A DNA stretch of 64,000 nucleotides from assembly GCA_002633005.1 (NCBI GenBank), contig NMRA01000132.1, positions 124,001-188,000 on the forward strand, written 5' to 3'. The stretch is from Phoronis australis. Taxonomy: Eukaryota; Animalia; Phoronida. Below, in pieces: positions 51,901-64,000 of this stretch (within the stretch, counting starts at the first letter, position 1; each line of letters starts with the position of its first letter). The notes below the pieces were generated by a model, which worked only from the letters and a program-made list of their open reading frames with translations, was not told the origin of the DNA and made no database searches. The position numbers were made by a program, and so were the translations under genes.

Positions 51901-54900
51901 GTTTCCCTTGGTTCAGTGCTAATGGCTAATGACACAGTTCAGTCCAACACCCTTGGTTTAAATGCGACAAACATCAATTATACATACAATTACGTGGGAA
52001 AGGCTAGGGCTTCGACACAACCGAAAACATCTTAACCTTAACCGCTTTTTTTCCTATGGATTGGCCAGGTGCCTATATTTGACTTTTTCGAAAATAATTT
52101 TCTCAACAGAAGCTCATCGAAGCCTACCTGGCGTCTGTTTCATGGACGCTCCACGTATACAACTACATGTAAAAAATAATTGAAACTCATTGTAGAAAAG
52201 AATAAAGTGTCGTAGACTATACCCATAACTGTTTCTTGCTAAGAAAATTGTATAAGTAATTTTCAGGCATTGATGCGCTCACGATTACACGACTAAACCT
52301 CCATTTGACAACTGTGAAGTAAGGGCAATATTTTGTCTTAAGTCTTAAGTCGCGTTTCATGAAACAGACCCCTGGATGGCCCTTATTGTGTCAGTCTACA
52401 GCCACTCGTGACCAGAGGTAAATCTCGAGTTAAATCGACTTTCGTGTGTAAACTTGATTTATCGATCAACTCGTACAATTTTGTTTTCGCGAAAAGATCT
52501 GACAATAGAGACATCATTACTTGCGATAGTACCGTGAGAATTTCATTTCCAGGTAGTCTGTTTACAATGACCAGCATACTAGAACTCTAACAATGCGTGA
52601 AATGAAGTCTCCTCGCTTTTTGTATTCATTTTATGCAACTGAAGCGAGTAATTAAGGGAAATGGCCGATGCTCCAATTTTAGCGGTATTCGAGTGCAAAA
52701 TCAGATGTGTTATTTTTTGTCAAGACATTTGTGTCGCGTTCATTTCTATAGTTGGACTTCCAGCTTTTATCGTATGACGTAATTTTTGTTTCCAGTGCAT
52801 TAGTAATTGATTTTTTAATATTTGGATTTATGTTGCATTAAATAAGTTTGTGCCAACCATTTATCGTGAAACGTTTTGAAATTATTTCTTTGAATTGCAT
52901 TTTTATTATCTTTTTAGCACGCCAATTAAGGTTAGAAAATTAAAGGCAAAGAAAAATTACGATCGACTATATTTTAATAAATGTTCATGTTGGCGCAGTT
53001 TAGATGGAAATCAAATAAATTTTCAAATTTCAATTTCATAACTTATTTTCACTTACTACATGTACACGTAGTCAGATGAAGGCCTCACAAACAGACACTC
53101 TTCTTTGACTATTTTATTATTATTATTACTATTTAAAGTAAACGCCTACCTTCCATGGCTGCGTCCTGGGCTTTGTAATACCCTTTTTCTAGCGCGTGCA
53201 TGTTGGCGTTTAATCCGGACATTTCTTAATCAAACCCCGACCATGCAGGCTACTCAAATCCGAGCAGTCCCGAACGACTCCAGCTATCCACCACGCCCCG
53301 GAGTTGAGCTCTGGCGTCTATTATTGGATACGGTAGTTTTGCATTTGGCGGTGTCTAATCCATACGCTCTCTCTTTGTATTTGGCTTAAAAATCAATGCG
53401 AAGAACAGCCTTTTAATGCACTGGTCGAAGCCTCTTATTTAAAAGTCAACGATTGATTATACTATACAAATGCGTTTCACGTGCAGAAGCTCCATCTCAA
53501 AATCGCAATCCGTGCTCACAGAAAAAACGTCTAAATGTATTTTAACAATAGTTCCAGACGTTGAGTGTACGTATAGCCGAAGACGGTACGCTTTTAAGTA
53601 CGACGGGCGATGCGTTGATAATCGCGGGCAAATATATTTCAATCGATTACTACTACAGCTTCATTCTACGTTTTCAACTATTACAATGTCGACGAAGTAT
53701 TTTTCCATGTTTTCATTTGAATAAGAACGGATAGAGGAACACAGGCGAACAATTAATCTTTTTGAAGTTGGTGAGATCTACATAAAAATCACAGTTCACG
53801 TCTCGTGTAGCCAATGGAGCGTAGATTGTCAGTGACTTATGTATTGCTCGTTGAAAAGGACACACAACGACGTATTTCCAGAAAACAGGAAGAATTCTGA
53901 AAAAGGTGAAATCAAAATCATTGTAAGCGCAGACTAATCAGAATAAATAATCGATATAATCTGAGCACGTTGGTATAAAAAAATAGCTTTCAGATATATC
54001 AACAAGGACAGCGTAATCTAATCACTTTCAGGGAATGATGAAATGTAATTCAGTCTTCAAATACAGCTTCCACCCATCCAGGGACTGGTCAAACGTAACC
54101 AAGTTTTCAGACACCATTCATTCTCTTGCACTCTTTTGCCATGACTTTCTAGGCAGTAGCTGTCGTTGAAATTTACAAATATCGTCATTATTGGTAGCTT
54201 AAACGATAAAAAATTACGACGCTCAAAGCTTAAAATTAGTTAAATCCGAACTTTTTTTTCCGAACTTACATGTACAAGCCACTAACATCAACTCAAAGGC
54301 GTGTAAAGCGCCATCTGATGGGAGCGCGTTGAAGTGACGTTATTGACAAGTGTCCGAGATCAGCCTCGCTAAATGAGCGCCGACTCGCACAAGCAACCTT
54401 CGCAGTCTAATGCTCAACCTCACTCGATAATGGTGAAACATTTTAAGCGTATTTAAGCGGTAAAGTCAACGGCCTTGATTTCGGTGAAAAAAGTATTTGG
54501 CAGACGACATGTCCATAACTAGCGATTGCAACAAAATCACAAAAATCAACGGATTTTGTTGTTTCAAAGTTATGGTCAAAGCTGACAACTTCAAGAAGTC
54601 TGTTCTATCCAACTATAATCCCCAAAATCCCCATTCGGTCGTAAAGCCAATAATGTCCCTTAAAGCCGATAATGTCTATTTAAAGCCGGAGTAATTTTTC
54701 GATTTCGTTAAAGTGCGTGTGAATATTTATGAAAAGCAGAAAGAGAAAAGTTGAAATTTTGGAAGAAAGTCTTCTGACAAAAGAAATATGTTTTATGTCG
54801 ATAATCACTATCAACTGATGGACTTTTTACTACAGATAAACCAGGGCCCAGGGCGTAGTTTCCCACTTGACTCGGATTCAATAGGTGAAACTTAACCAGT

Positions 54901-57900
54901 CGCTTCGCATTATTCGAATATTAATGTATACGTTTGGGCAAATTTTAGAATCGATTAGTTTCGCTTAGGTTAATATCTACGCCATATCACTTTTACGATC
55001 CCATGCTAAGGACAGCGTGTGAGTGGTGGACGGGTTTCGCAGCCTGACAGGTCACGTGATGCGGCGTCGAAAATTACGTGTAGGCCTACACACACGACAT
55101 GATTTCGGTTGCATTTTTAATTTACGTGCATGGAAGAAAAATGCCTCCCCAGTTAAGAATTGAGTTTCAGAAAACCTTGGTAGCCCAAGTACCAGAGCAT
55201 ATCACGAAACAGTCACATAACCTGTCCGACAACAAGTACGGCATTCCCGTAGACACAAAACCAGAAGGGTTACAGTTTTTGCAGATAAGAATCTTTACCT
55301 TTGGTTGATAAGGTTATGTGGGACGTTATCGACTTATTGGTGTATTTATCCAAACATCTTAAAGACTCAGTAAAAGTGTTTATTGTCTGAAAGTGTTGAT
55401 ACTTTAGTGGCTACAGCTTCAATAAGATATTGTGACGTGTGAGTGTAAGACCTAATTTCTGACTTAAGTCTTAACGTCTCGTATAGGAACTCAATTTCCT
55501 TACATCTTTTGCGCATTTGTGTCGTTCTTTACTCACAGATGCAATCTTTTTTCATTTTTTCTTTGTTATGAGCTCCTCGTTGGCTAATAACGTAACTAAA
55601 ACTGAGCTCTTAAGTGGGAAGGGAATAAATAAGAACTTAGTCCTTAAATAAGACTCGTTGCATGAAAAATACCCTTCTTACAAATATGTTTTCAATAATG
55701 TTTAGAATTCGACGTAGACTTCACTCTGGAATTGTAACACATCCAAACATTTAATTCTGAGTCTAAAGCAGCATAAGCATAGACAATCAATGTTTCCAAA
55801 AGTTCACAAATAAATTTAGGGAACATTGTGAGTTCCTATTTGGGACCGAATCATGCAACCGACAACAGGTGTACATGCGTACGTTGCACGTGTAACAACT
55901 GCCAATCAAAAAGGCACGGTTCATGTTGGGTAAGGCTAAACACTAAAATGGCCAAACTTCCGATCCAAGGTTCTTGTACGAAGTTAGACGCATCTGAAGA
56001 ATTACAAGCTACATTCCCATTGTTATTATGGATAGTCTCATAAAGTGGGATCAATACAATGTTTATTATATGCGGGTAAACGCTATGCACCTGCTGGTGT
56101 ACACATTCCGAAAAAATCACTTCTTAGTTCATGATACCCAGTAGAACTTATAAGATTTGATTGGCATACCTAGATAATATTGCTTCGACTGTATTCTGTT
56201 TGCACTTACTCAAACAGTATTTTGACTATATTTTGTGTACTGGTTGTGCAAACACGTTTTCCGCTGCATTTCAACTGAACAAGTTAAAAAATGAGTTTTG
56301 AGACAAACCAATACCCAACGATACTCTGTCAATTTGTTTTCAAAACACATCCCGTTTAATATGGAATTTAAAAGTGAAATTTCCGAACATTTTGGTGATA
56401 CACCAACAACATTTTCGACCACGCAAATGGCAATGAATTCCACCTTTGACGAACTTAAGAAAAATGACCATAAGAATGAAAGAAAGTGCACAGTTGAAAT
56501 TGTAAAATGTTCATATTTTCACGTTGAGATTCATACTATGAAGATTTTCTTATATCAGAGAGTCAGTTGTCATATACTACCAAGGTCATTGACTTTGACG
56601 TTTATGGTTTCCGCTTATCTTTGTATTTTAATTCTGCACTTCCTTTCTAATAATGTGTAAACGCAAACTCATGCAAGACATATGTCAATCAGACCTGCCA
56701 AACTGGAAAAAGGGTTTCTCACGCAAGCCTCAATTCCAGCATTCAGTCTGAATTGAAGGATAATGCGTGAATCGGTCAAATAACTTTAAAGGCTGTCCCG
56801 TTTGCCTTTCTGAGGTGTTTTATGACTCTTAAGTACTCTGAATGTTCCCGTGGCAACGCAGAGAAAGTCAATCATGGTAGATAATAATGAGAGACTTTGG
56901 TTTCGTGTTTTCGGGCAATTGAACAGGAAGAAATGCATTCTTTAAACACACACAGTTGGTCTTACTAACTATAACGCATCTGGAAATTGTTTATTTCCAC
57001 CAGAACTATGAATAAGCAAGCTGGGATTTTTTTGATTAGAAATTGCCGAGTCTTCACTAAGACTTTCACTTCAACTGAAACCAAGACGGCGACCTCGTCG
57101 GCTGCTCCTTTGCTGGACGGCCGTGAAAATGGCTGACACGAGTGGCGTGTGGTGCTGGTCAAAGCTGGCGAGAAAGCCAAAGGCCAATGCCCCGAGATTA
57201 TTCGAGAAAAAAGGCAAAGAGCCAAAGCACAATGTTGAAGTAACCTCTATTGAATAAGCATTTGGGATCGATATCGAGCGGTGGTCTGCCGTGCGACGTG
57301 CTGAATATTTACAGAAATACCAGCTTCCTCGGGTAGACAACAGGGTTGGTTTGCAGTCCAAGTTTCGAAGTAACTAATGTTATGTAGAGGCGCATCCATA
57401 ACGTCTAATCTAGTGTCAAACTAACTTCAAATTAACTCAAACACTGAGGCGAAAAATCGCGCCTGGCGTCATCATATAAGAAAACTAAATGAGCACTGAT
57501 TAGGAAAGTCTTCTCGTGGTGACGTCATGAGATTAAAGAATGTTGGTATTATATCCCCGTTGGGGAATTTTTCTTCAAGCCTAAGATGCGGGATAGAATG
57601 TAAAATCAGACCACTCACTCCAAACTAATATCATTTCTTTATGTCAATACCCGCGTATAGCGACAATTTCAATGGACTGACAACTGTAGTGCTACTCGCA
57701 ACCCTAACGCCGTTAGTAACTAGGCTAACTTAGCATCTGCAAAGCCACCGTAATTGCTTTTCAAACTAGTCATAATCGAACCACTTAGTTCGGCATCAAA
57801 AGTCGTAATAACTAGACTATCATTAAATTAAAGATTTAGAGATTTCTGATCATGAGAGTCATCTGCTTTCCATTATATCTGACAGTAACACTTCGTCTAC

Positions 57901-58580
57901 ACAGCAAAACCTCTTCAAAAATCGTTGAATTCTGTGTCTAGGCCACAAGACTTCATTGGTGGATGTATTGTGTTCGTTTGACACTTTGCTGATATTTGAC
58001 TCAGTCGTGACAGGATGGCGATAATTTCATAAATGTTGTGAAATTTAACTAATATGGAGCTCTAAGTTTGAAATATCTGCTTCGAACAAACAACAGAATT
58101 AGATTGACCACTGTACATTCATGAGGGCTGCTTTTAATTGGACCAACAACTTGATTGTTTATTGGAGGATTTGAGTAAGGAACCTGATTCGTAAGAATTG
58201 TTGGCTTTCGCGCATTACTTGTCATTCCGTAAACGAAGTTGCTACAGTTATTGACAGTTGACTCAACTCGACAAAAAACGTGGCAACAAATTTAAACAAT
58301 TCCTTCCCATAATCCAACTTGCAGAGTAGGGAATTCCAACACACGTTTTTGTGGAACCAGGCTTCGAATCAAAGTCAACTTAAAAGCGCTGTCTAACACT
58401 GGCAAGAGTCCCTTGTGAAATCGAAACACCGAGCTGTCTTAACAATAAAATAGTGATGCACTGGAATTGATCCATTAAGATTTCAGTCGATTAATGTCGC
58501 AAGCCAGAGCCAGTATAACTTGTTTGCCACTTAATTACTGACCAATTACAAGTTATCAATAAAGTATAACTACAATGAGT

Positions 58581-58872
58581 CAGTTAGCTACTGGCCGGGG
58601 GACACACTCTCGCTGTAACACGCGTCCTGTCATGAATGGACATCCACGAAAACAGACTGATCACTATATAATGATTAAGTGTACCAGTTAGCTACTGGCC
58701 GGGGGACACACTCGCTCTAATGCGCGTCCTGTCTTGAATGGACATCCACGAAAACACACTGATCACTATATAATGATTAAGTGTACCAGTTAGCTACTGG
58801 CCGGGGGACACACTCGCTCTAATGCGCGTCGTGTCATGAATGGACATCCACGAAAACACACTGATCACTATA
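58581..58872. repeat. About 103-bp minisatellite, 2.8 copies
   Basis: CAGTTAGCTACTGGCCGGGGGACACACTC... starts at 58581, 58685 and 58787. Confidence 0.95.
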
Positions 58873-61800
58873 CAACGATCACTTGAACCAGTTGATTATC
58901 GTGACATGCCGTAAGCGTCTGGTCACTTATGTTGCGTCTTCATGCGACTTTATGCACTGCTGTAAATCTCTAGAAAGTACAAAAAAAAAAAATATCCGCG
59001 GTCGGCTTCCGGAAACGGACGACGTCAAACAAAATGCAATCAAACGACCTTTTTCGTGGCCCCATACCTGAACGCCGGATCTTTTTGGAAATGAGATTTC
59101 GCATAGAAATGTATTTCTGCAGCGCTTAATTAGCTTTAAGTATTCATGGGTGCTCTGCCACTGAAACGCAAATTGGATGCATGCTTAGCTTTTCTCGTTA
59201 CGCACCGCCAGTCATTCTATCGCACGTCGAATGATACAAGCAGTTAGATAATACGTGAAGTGACATCATTGGCGCTTGCTTGAATCGTGTTCCTTTAGAC
59301 CAGACATACTAGGGGGAAAACATGTTTAGTGGTTATGCACCTGATGGATATCATAGGGTTCAAAGACCGAAATAGCTATTTGCAAGTTTTCTCCATCCTC
59401 GCACGCTGTCGACATGAGGATTCATTTGTGCTTTTGCGGGCCAATGGCGCTGTTGAATGGGGAGCACTGGATGGTTCACCGCATTGCACAGTATCACTAC
59501 GCCATGTGATTCATTCATTCATTTCATTCAGACACGCATCAAAAATAACGCTCACCCATCATGTAAGGTCACGTGAACTTGATATTTTTTCCACGTAAAC
59601 TTTTGCAAAAAAAATTAAAGATTGCACCATTTCAGCTATGGTTTGGAAAGTGATCCATGGTTTTTCTTGAAGCGTTAAAAGGAAACTAAGATGTTTGGTG
59701 ATGAAGTCTTGGGTATTTACCAAACAAGCGCTCTGAGAATACGGAATGCACTAACAGCGAGTCTAGATTTCCACAAGAATGAAGTTGTGTGCTATCAAGC
59801 GTGTTTTTATGGTAAAAACGAGTGTTTCGGCAATATCTTCATCGGCAGCTTACAGCGAACTTCCAATAATCGTCGCCCACGACAAAAATCTCACAGCTAA
59901 GTACAGATGCGACAAGACATGTTCGTTCCAAGCCCGATTAGGAAGCCGGAAAGCTTGCTGATGAGCCACCAGTTTAAATATTTAATTTCAAGCTTCAATT
60001 ACCTTGCAGATTTATAACCAAGAACGTTCTGTATGATTGAGTTATGGTCCAAGTTGAGTTATTAACATTCTTGCCTGAATAATGGTGACCAAAAATAGCT
60101 ATTCTCATAGCCGTGGTAGGCAAGGATCAGTAGTGCAATTGCCCTGTCAATCAGATTCTGGCAAATATTACAGAAAATTTGAGCAAAATACAAAATGGGC
60201 AGCGCAGACACCAATGATGGAAATTAAAGAAATCGCAATGTCAGCGAAATACACAAAAAGAAACAAACAACCCCCCCGGAGCAGTTCAGAAACTGTACCC
60301 CTTGCTAAACTTGCTTGTCACAGGGGGAATTTCACAAAGTGACAGTACGAGAGTTTTAAGTCGAATCAGGAGATATTAAATTGCAGCGCAAAATATGCTG
60401 TTTATGTCCGTTACCTGCTACCGTAATAGTTTATGGTTTAAAGTAGTTCTTATATTTGCCCTGTATTCTCCGTCCTTGTGCATGGCTCGTTTTTAAAATA
60501 GCAAATATCAATCTATGCATAACGACAGTGATGAAATGTGAAGTCGTAATTAAATTAGAGGAAATGGGTTGATAATCTAAATGTCAGTACAATGTTTCGA
60601 CGCATCATTCGAGACGAATGACAACATACTTATCTAGGAAATCACACAGTCTTTGCTATAATTAGGGACGTGCCAGGTCACTTCAAGGTCGGATCAAAGA
60701 ATTTTCGTTGTGGATTCTGCAGAAAAAAGACCAACTCCATCAGTCAGATAAACTCAAAGTTTCGTAAAAAACAGCAACCACAAATTCAAAAAACTCAAAT
60801 ATTTTTATAGGATTAAAATAAAAAACAGTACCATTTAAGACAGTTTGTTGCTTGACGCTTACTTTTACGGTTCCATACCATTGTATGCCATTGGCATCAC
60901 AGTGGCTGCAAACCTTGACGAAAGAGCAACATCACGAAAGACATCGCAAAATCACGCGAATGAAAGGCGAGTGTTTTGCAAATTTACTCGAGAACTTACT
61001 ATTATAACCTACATGTAGCAAAATGGCGTACACTGAAATAAATGGTCGGCGAGGTTGGACTGTTGAATTATGGGATAGAATTCACGAATTGTGGGTAAGA
61101 AGTCACTGTTTCCTTTTCATAACAGAAGACTTCTTGCCGTATATAGCCTAAGTGGTTAATGTTTTGGGTCCGCCGGACCTAGTGATCACATTTAACTTCC
61201 ATCCTTGGGTTCACCGTCTTGATATTGGCCCAAGTTACGCCCGATAAGTTTGTGAAAGCAGATTAAAAATACACCGGTTGACCTTATCTTTCATGGACCA
61301 ATCAAGAACTAGATGTCCGACATCTCGTCAGAGATCTACACCCAACTGAAACGCTAATGGAGTCTGGTGCCGTGCCTCATGGAAGGTAAATTTCCAACAA
61401 AGGACAATCTACCTCATTAATCACTGCCTATGATCTTAACACGTCAATGTACCTGAAATTGGTTTTAGCTTTTGAATTTTTTAGGTTTTCATATTTTGTA
61501 TTTTAGTCTTTGCCTACTACAAATCAGCAAAAAATGAAGGGGTCACCGCATTAGTTCTTCCGTTATAGCCGCCTAAAGGGAGACATCTCTGGCAAAAATG
61601 TGAAATTTACACGGGCTATTAAAAAAACGCATCTAATTAAATGATTGCTTGAAATAGTTTAAAACCGGACAAATGGTTTCTTTGCCCGGTGTCATTTTTA
61701 TATAAACGAGTAAAGGGGTTTATCAGTTTTCTGAAGTCTGCGCAAGTTAACTTTTTCTCTGTATTCTGACTTCTACACAAAAAGTTACAGCGTTATTTTT

Positions 61801-62759
61801 TCCTGTTGTGTTTTACTTTGACACATCTCAGGTTTTCTAGGAAATAAGAAAAATAAGGGTCACCGACTTTTGAGGTGCTGATAACTAAAAAAGTTTTAGA
61901 TGAGAATCGCTGCTCACTAGATGGCGTTGTCTTATGTTGCTGGCATTGTGACTGGAATTATAGTTAACATGAAAAACCCTAGACGTGAAATTTTTTTAAT
62001 AAATTGAAAATTAGCGTTTGAATGAGTCACAAATCGTGTCTACACTCGGTATTGCCTGTTGGTTCGTATGACATCATTGTGGAATTTGGTTTCGCGCACT
62101 ATTATTTAATGTAAGAACAAACATTTAATTCAAATTTCAGAATTTTCGAATAAAACGTTTTTTTTAATAAAAATAATATTCAAGCATTTCTAAATTAGCC
62201 AAGGTCGTAAAACAACTACTGCTGTGCGGCTGTGTTGGAACCTCTTAACATTGTATTTAAACTGCAAAAATGACTCTTGAACGCACGGCATTAATGCTTA
62301 AATATTGCGGGTTTGCCTTGACATGGAATCTTTCAATTTATCCTCAAGTCGGAAAGGATGTCGACAGCCTACATCAAATTAATTGACTTGTACCTAATTA
62401 TCATTCTGGTCTCAGAGATGGGCTCCTTCGCAACCGGACATTCAATCAGAAACCTACTGAATTCGCCAGAATATTGAAAATCATACTCATCGCTACATGT
62501 ACTTGATTTCGCTTGTAAGTGTTCAAGCAGCATAAACCAGAAGAAACTAGGCTGTGTCGCCGTACAGCTAACAAAGCACGGTATTTGTAAATACGGTTTT
62601 AATTGTCCCCTGATATAAATATAATTTCCTACACTTACCAAGTGTCATCGATCTTTAAAAGTACCATGGTGTTTACACATTACCGTTCTCTGATGCTATC
62701 AAGGATCTCAAACAAGTTAATATTGAAGCGTGCAAACGGGCAAGTTTGAAGCATAATCC

Positions 62760-63620
62760 GGGTATGCACGTAGCGGGGTAGGGAACACAAAGCTTGTTTC
62801 TGACTTACCTACACACAACACCCCAATGCAAAAAAGAGTGCAGGCGGTCTGATGTTTTCCTTTGGTGCATCAGACATGCACAGGCCACGTGGTTGGGCCT
62901 ATTACACTAAATACCTGATCTGAAACTCCCGAGAGCCCTGTTATCCCCATCAACAAGTTCTTGGTGAAAGACGTTTTCAAGTGTACTTGTCTCTTTTAAG
63001 AAAATAGACACACTTTCTCTTTGTTGCTAAGCACTATATACTGTAGGCATGTGGTGGTCTCATCCAGGAGCCTCTTCCTTATCCTATGAAAAGCTTGGCA
63101 AGGGGTTTCGACGTCAGGATACGCTGGACTTAACCCATATGCTCCCTGGTATGCCTGTGTCGGGCAATAGGTTACCGTGACCTCTTCAAATTTGAATGAC
63201 GCGTCTTGTGCCCAATCTGTCAGAACTCAGAAGGTTCTTTGAACAAATGCTCCTTTCTTTGCGAGTCTATCTGCATTTTCATTGCCGTCAATTCTTACAT
63301 GGGCCCAAACCCAGTGCATGCGGACAGTTTTCTCGATTGCGCGCCTGTTAAGCTCATTAATACAAGAGTTAATCCGTCAATCCATGATTTCTTTAGGGCT
63401 ATTGTCGCTGCTTGGCTATCAGAAAAAATGATAACTGACAGGTTGTCCAATTTAGTGTTGAGTTGACGTGCCAGCGGAGCACCTCTACTAATTGCATTGA
63501 TCTAGACCTGGAACACCGTGGCAAAATTGTCTAGCGAAACCCAGCTTTTCGCATCTGCAACAGGAAGGTTTGCAAAACAGATTCCATCATGAGCCTGTTT
63601 ATTTTCCACGTTAAGGCCTG
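62760..63620 (-). mobile_element. Decayed non-LTR retrotransposon 3' region with an RNase H domain
   Basis: Manual minus-strand translation across stops and frameshifts gives ATVFQV*INAI (~63500-63522), IIFSDSQAATIAL (~63395-63432) and HWVWAHVRIDGNENADRLAKKGA (~63248-63316). A possible CCHC knuckle remnant lies near 62800. Confidence 0.8.
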
Positions 63621-64000
63621 CTCGTGAAACAAACCACCCCATTCTTGTATTTTTTTGCCATAGGACACCCGTCAGTTATCTTCGTGAAGAATTTGTTTTG
63701 GGGTAACTTTTGGCAACAAAGTCTTCGTTGCAACCAGGGCTGCGTACCATATAAGCAAGACACTCGCGAGGAAAGCTAATGTGATCACGTTTCGCTTATG
63801 GCAATGTCTCGAACACTTGCGTGATGTTGCATTTCTGTGAGTTTTCCAGTTGCGTCTACAGAACGCAGACCAGACTAGTAGACCACCTGAACGCATGACA
63901 GCTTACGAGAGAAAGAAAGCGAGTGTATACACGGATCTACGGTGGGGTTCAGAAGGTTTACCCCCGGGACATGATCAAAAATAAAAATTAAAGACGTCGC

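Noticed and set aside
56965-57361. GC-richer patch with overlapping short ORFs upstream of DAT
   Set aside because: There is no recognisable protein or compatible splice sites. It could be regulatory, but nothing here supports that.
63672-63896. 74-aa ORF with a hydrophobic stretch
   Set aside because: It has no recognisable family and adjoins the decayed LINE, so it is likely chance.

Overview
This is eukaryotic, AT-rich animal genomic DNA, probably from a marine invertebrate; a deuterostome is suggested by intron positions but not proven. It has two N-gaps (1899-2095, 12242-12599) and a single N at 47605. Two spliced genes lie tail-to-tail. On the + strand is a WD40-repeat/SOCS-box gene of the WSB1 family (coding exons 2898-2940, 6756-6924, 16177-16349, 16960-17073, 18565-18675, 19485-19653); its middle exons are absent, probably lost in the gap. 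On the - strand is an SLC6 monoamine transporter of the invertebrate dopamine-transporter type (13 coding exons, 48857 to 27244; start codon not located). The rest is non-autonomous DNA elements, tandem repeats and a decayed RNase H-bearing LINE. The most unusual observations are: (a) a 56-bp minisatellite made of the WSB1 3' splice site, giving six stacked AG|GT junctions, with every upstream choice creating a stop before the SOCS box; (b) a Helentron/HINE-like repeat carrying co-oriented CTCF-consensus motifs about every 150 bp; (c) two further splice-donor-spanning tandem duplications in the transporter; (d) MITEs with 5-bp target duplications. All identifications are from reading the sequence; no searches were run.
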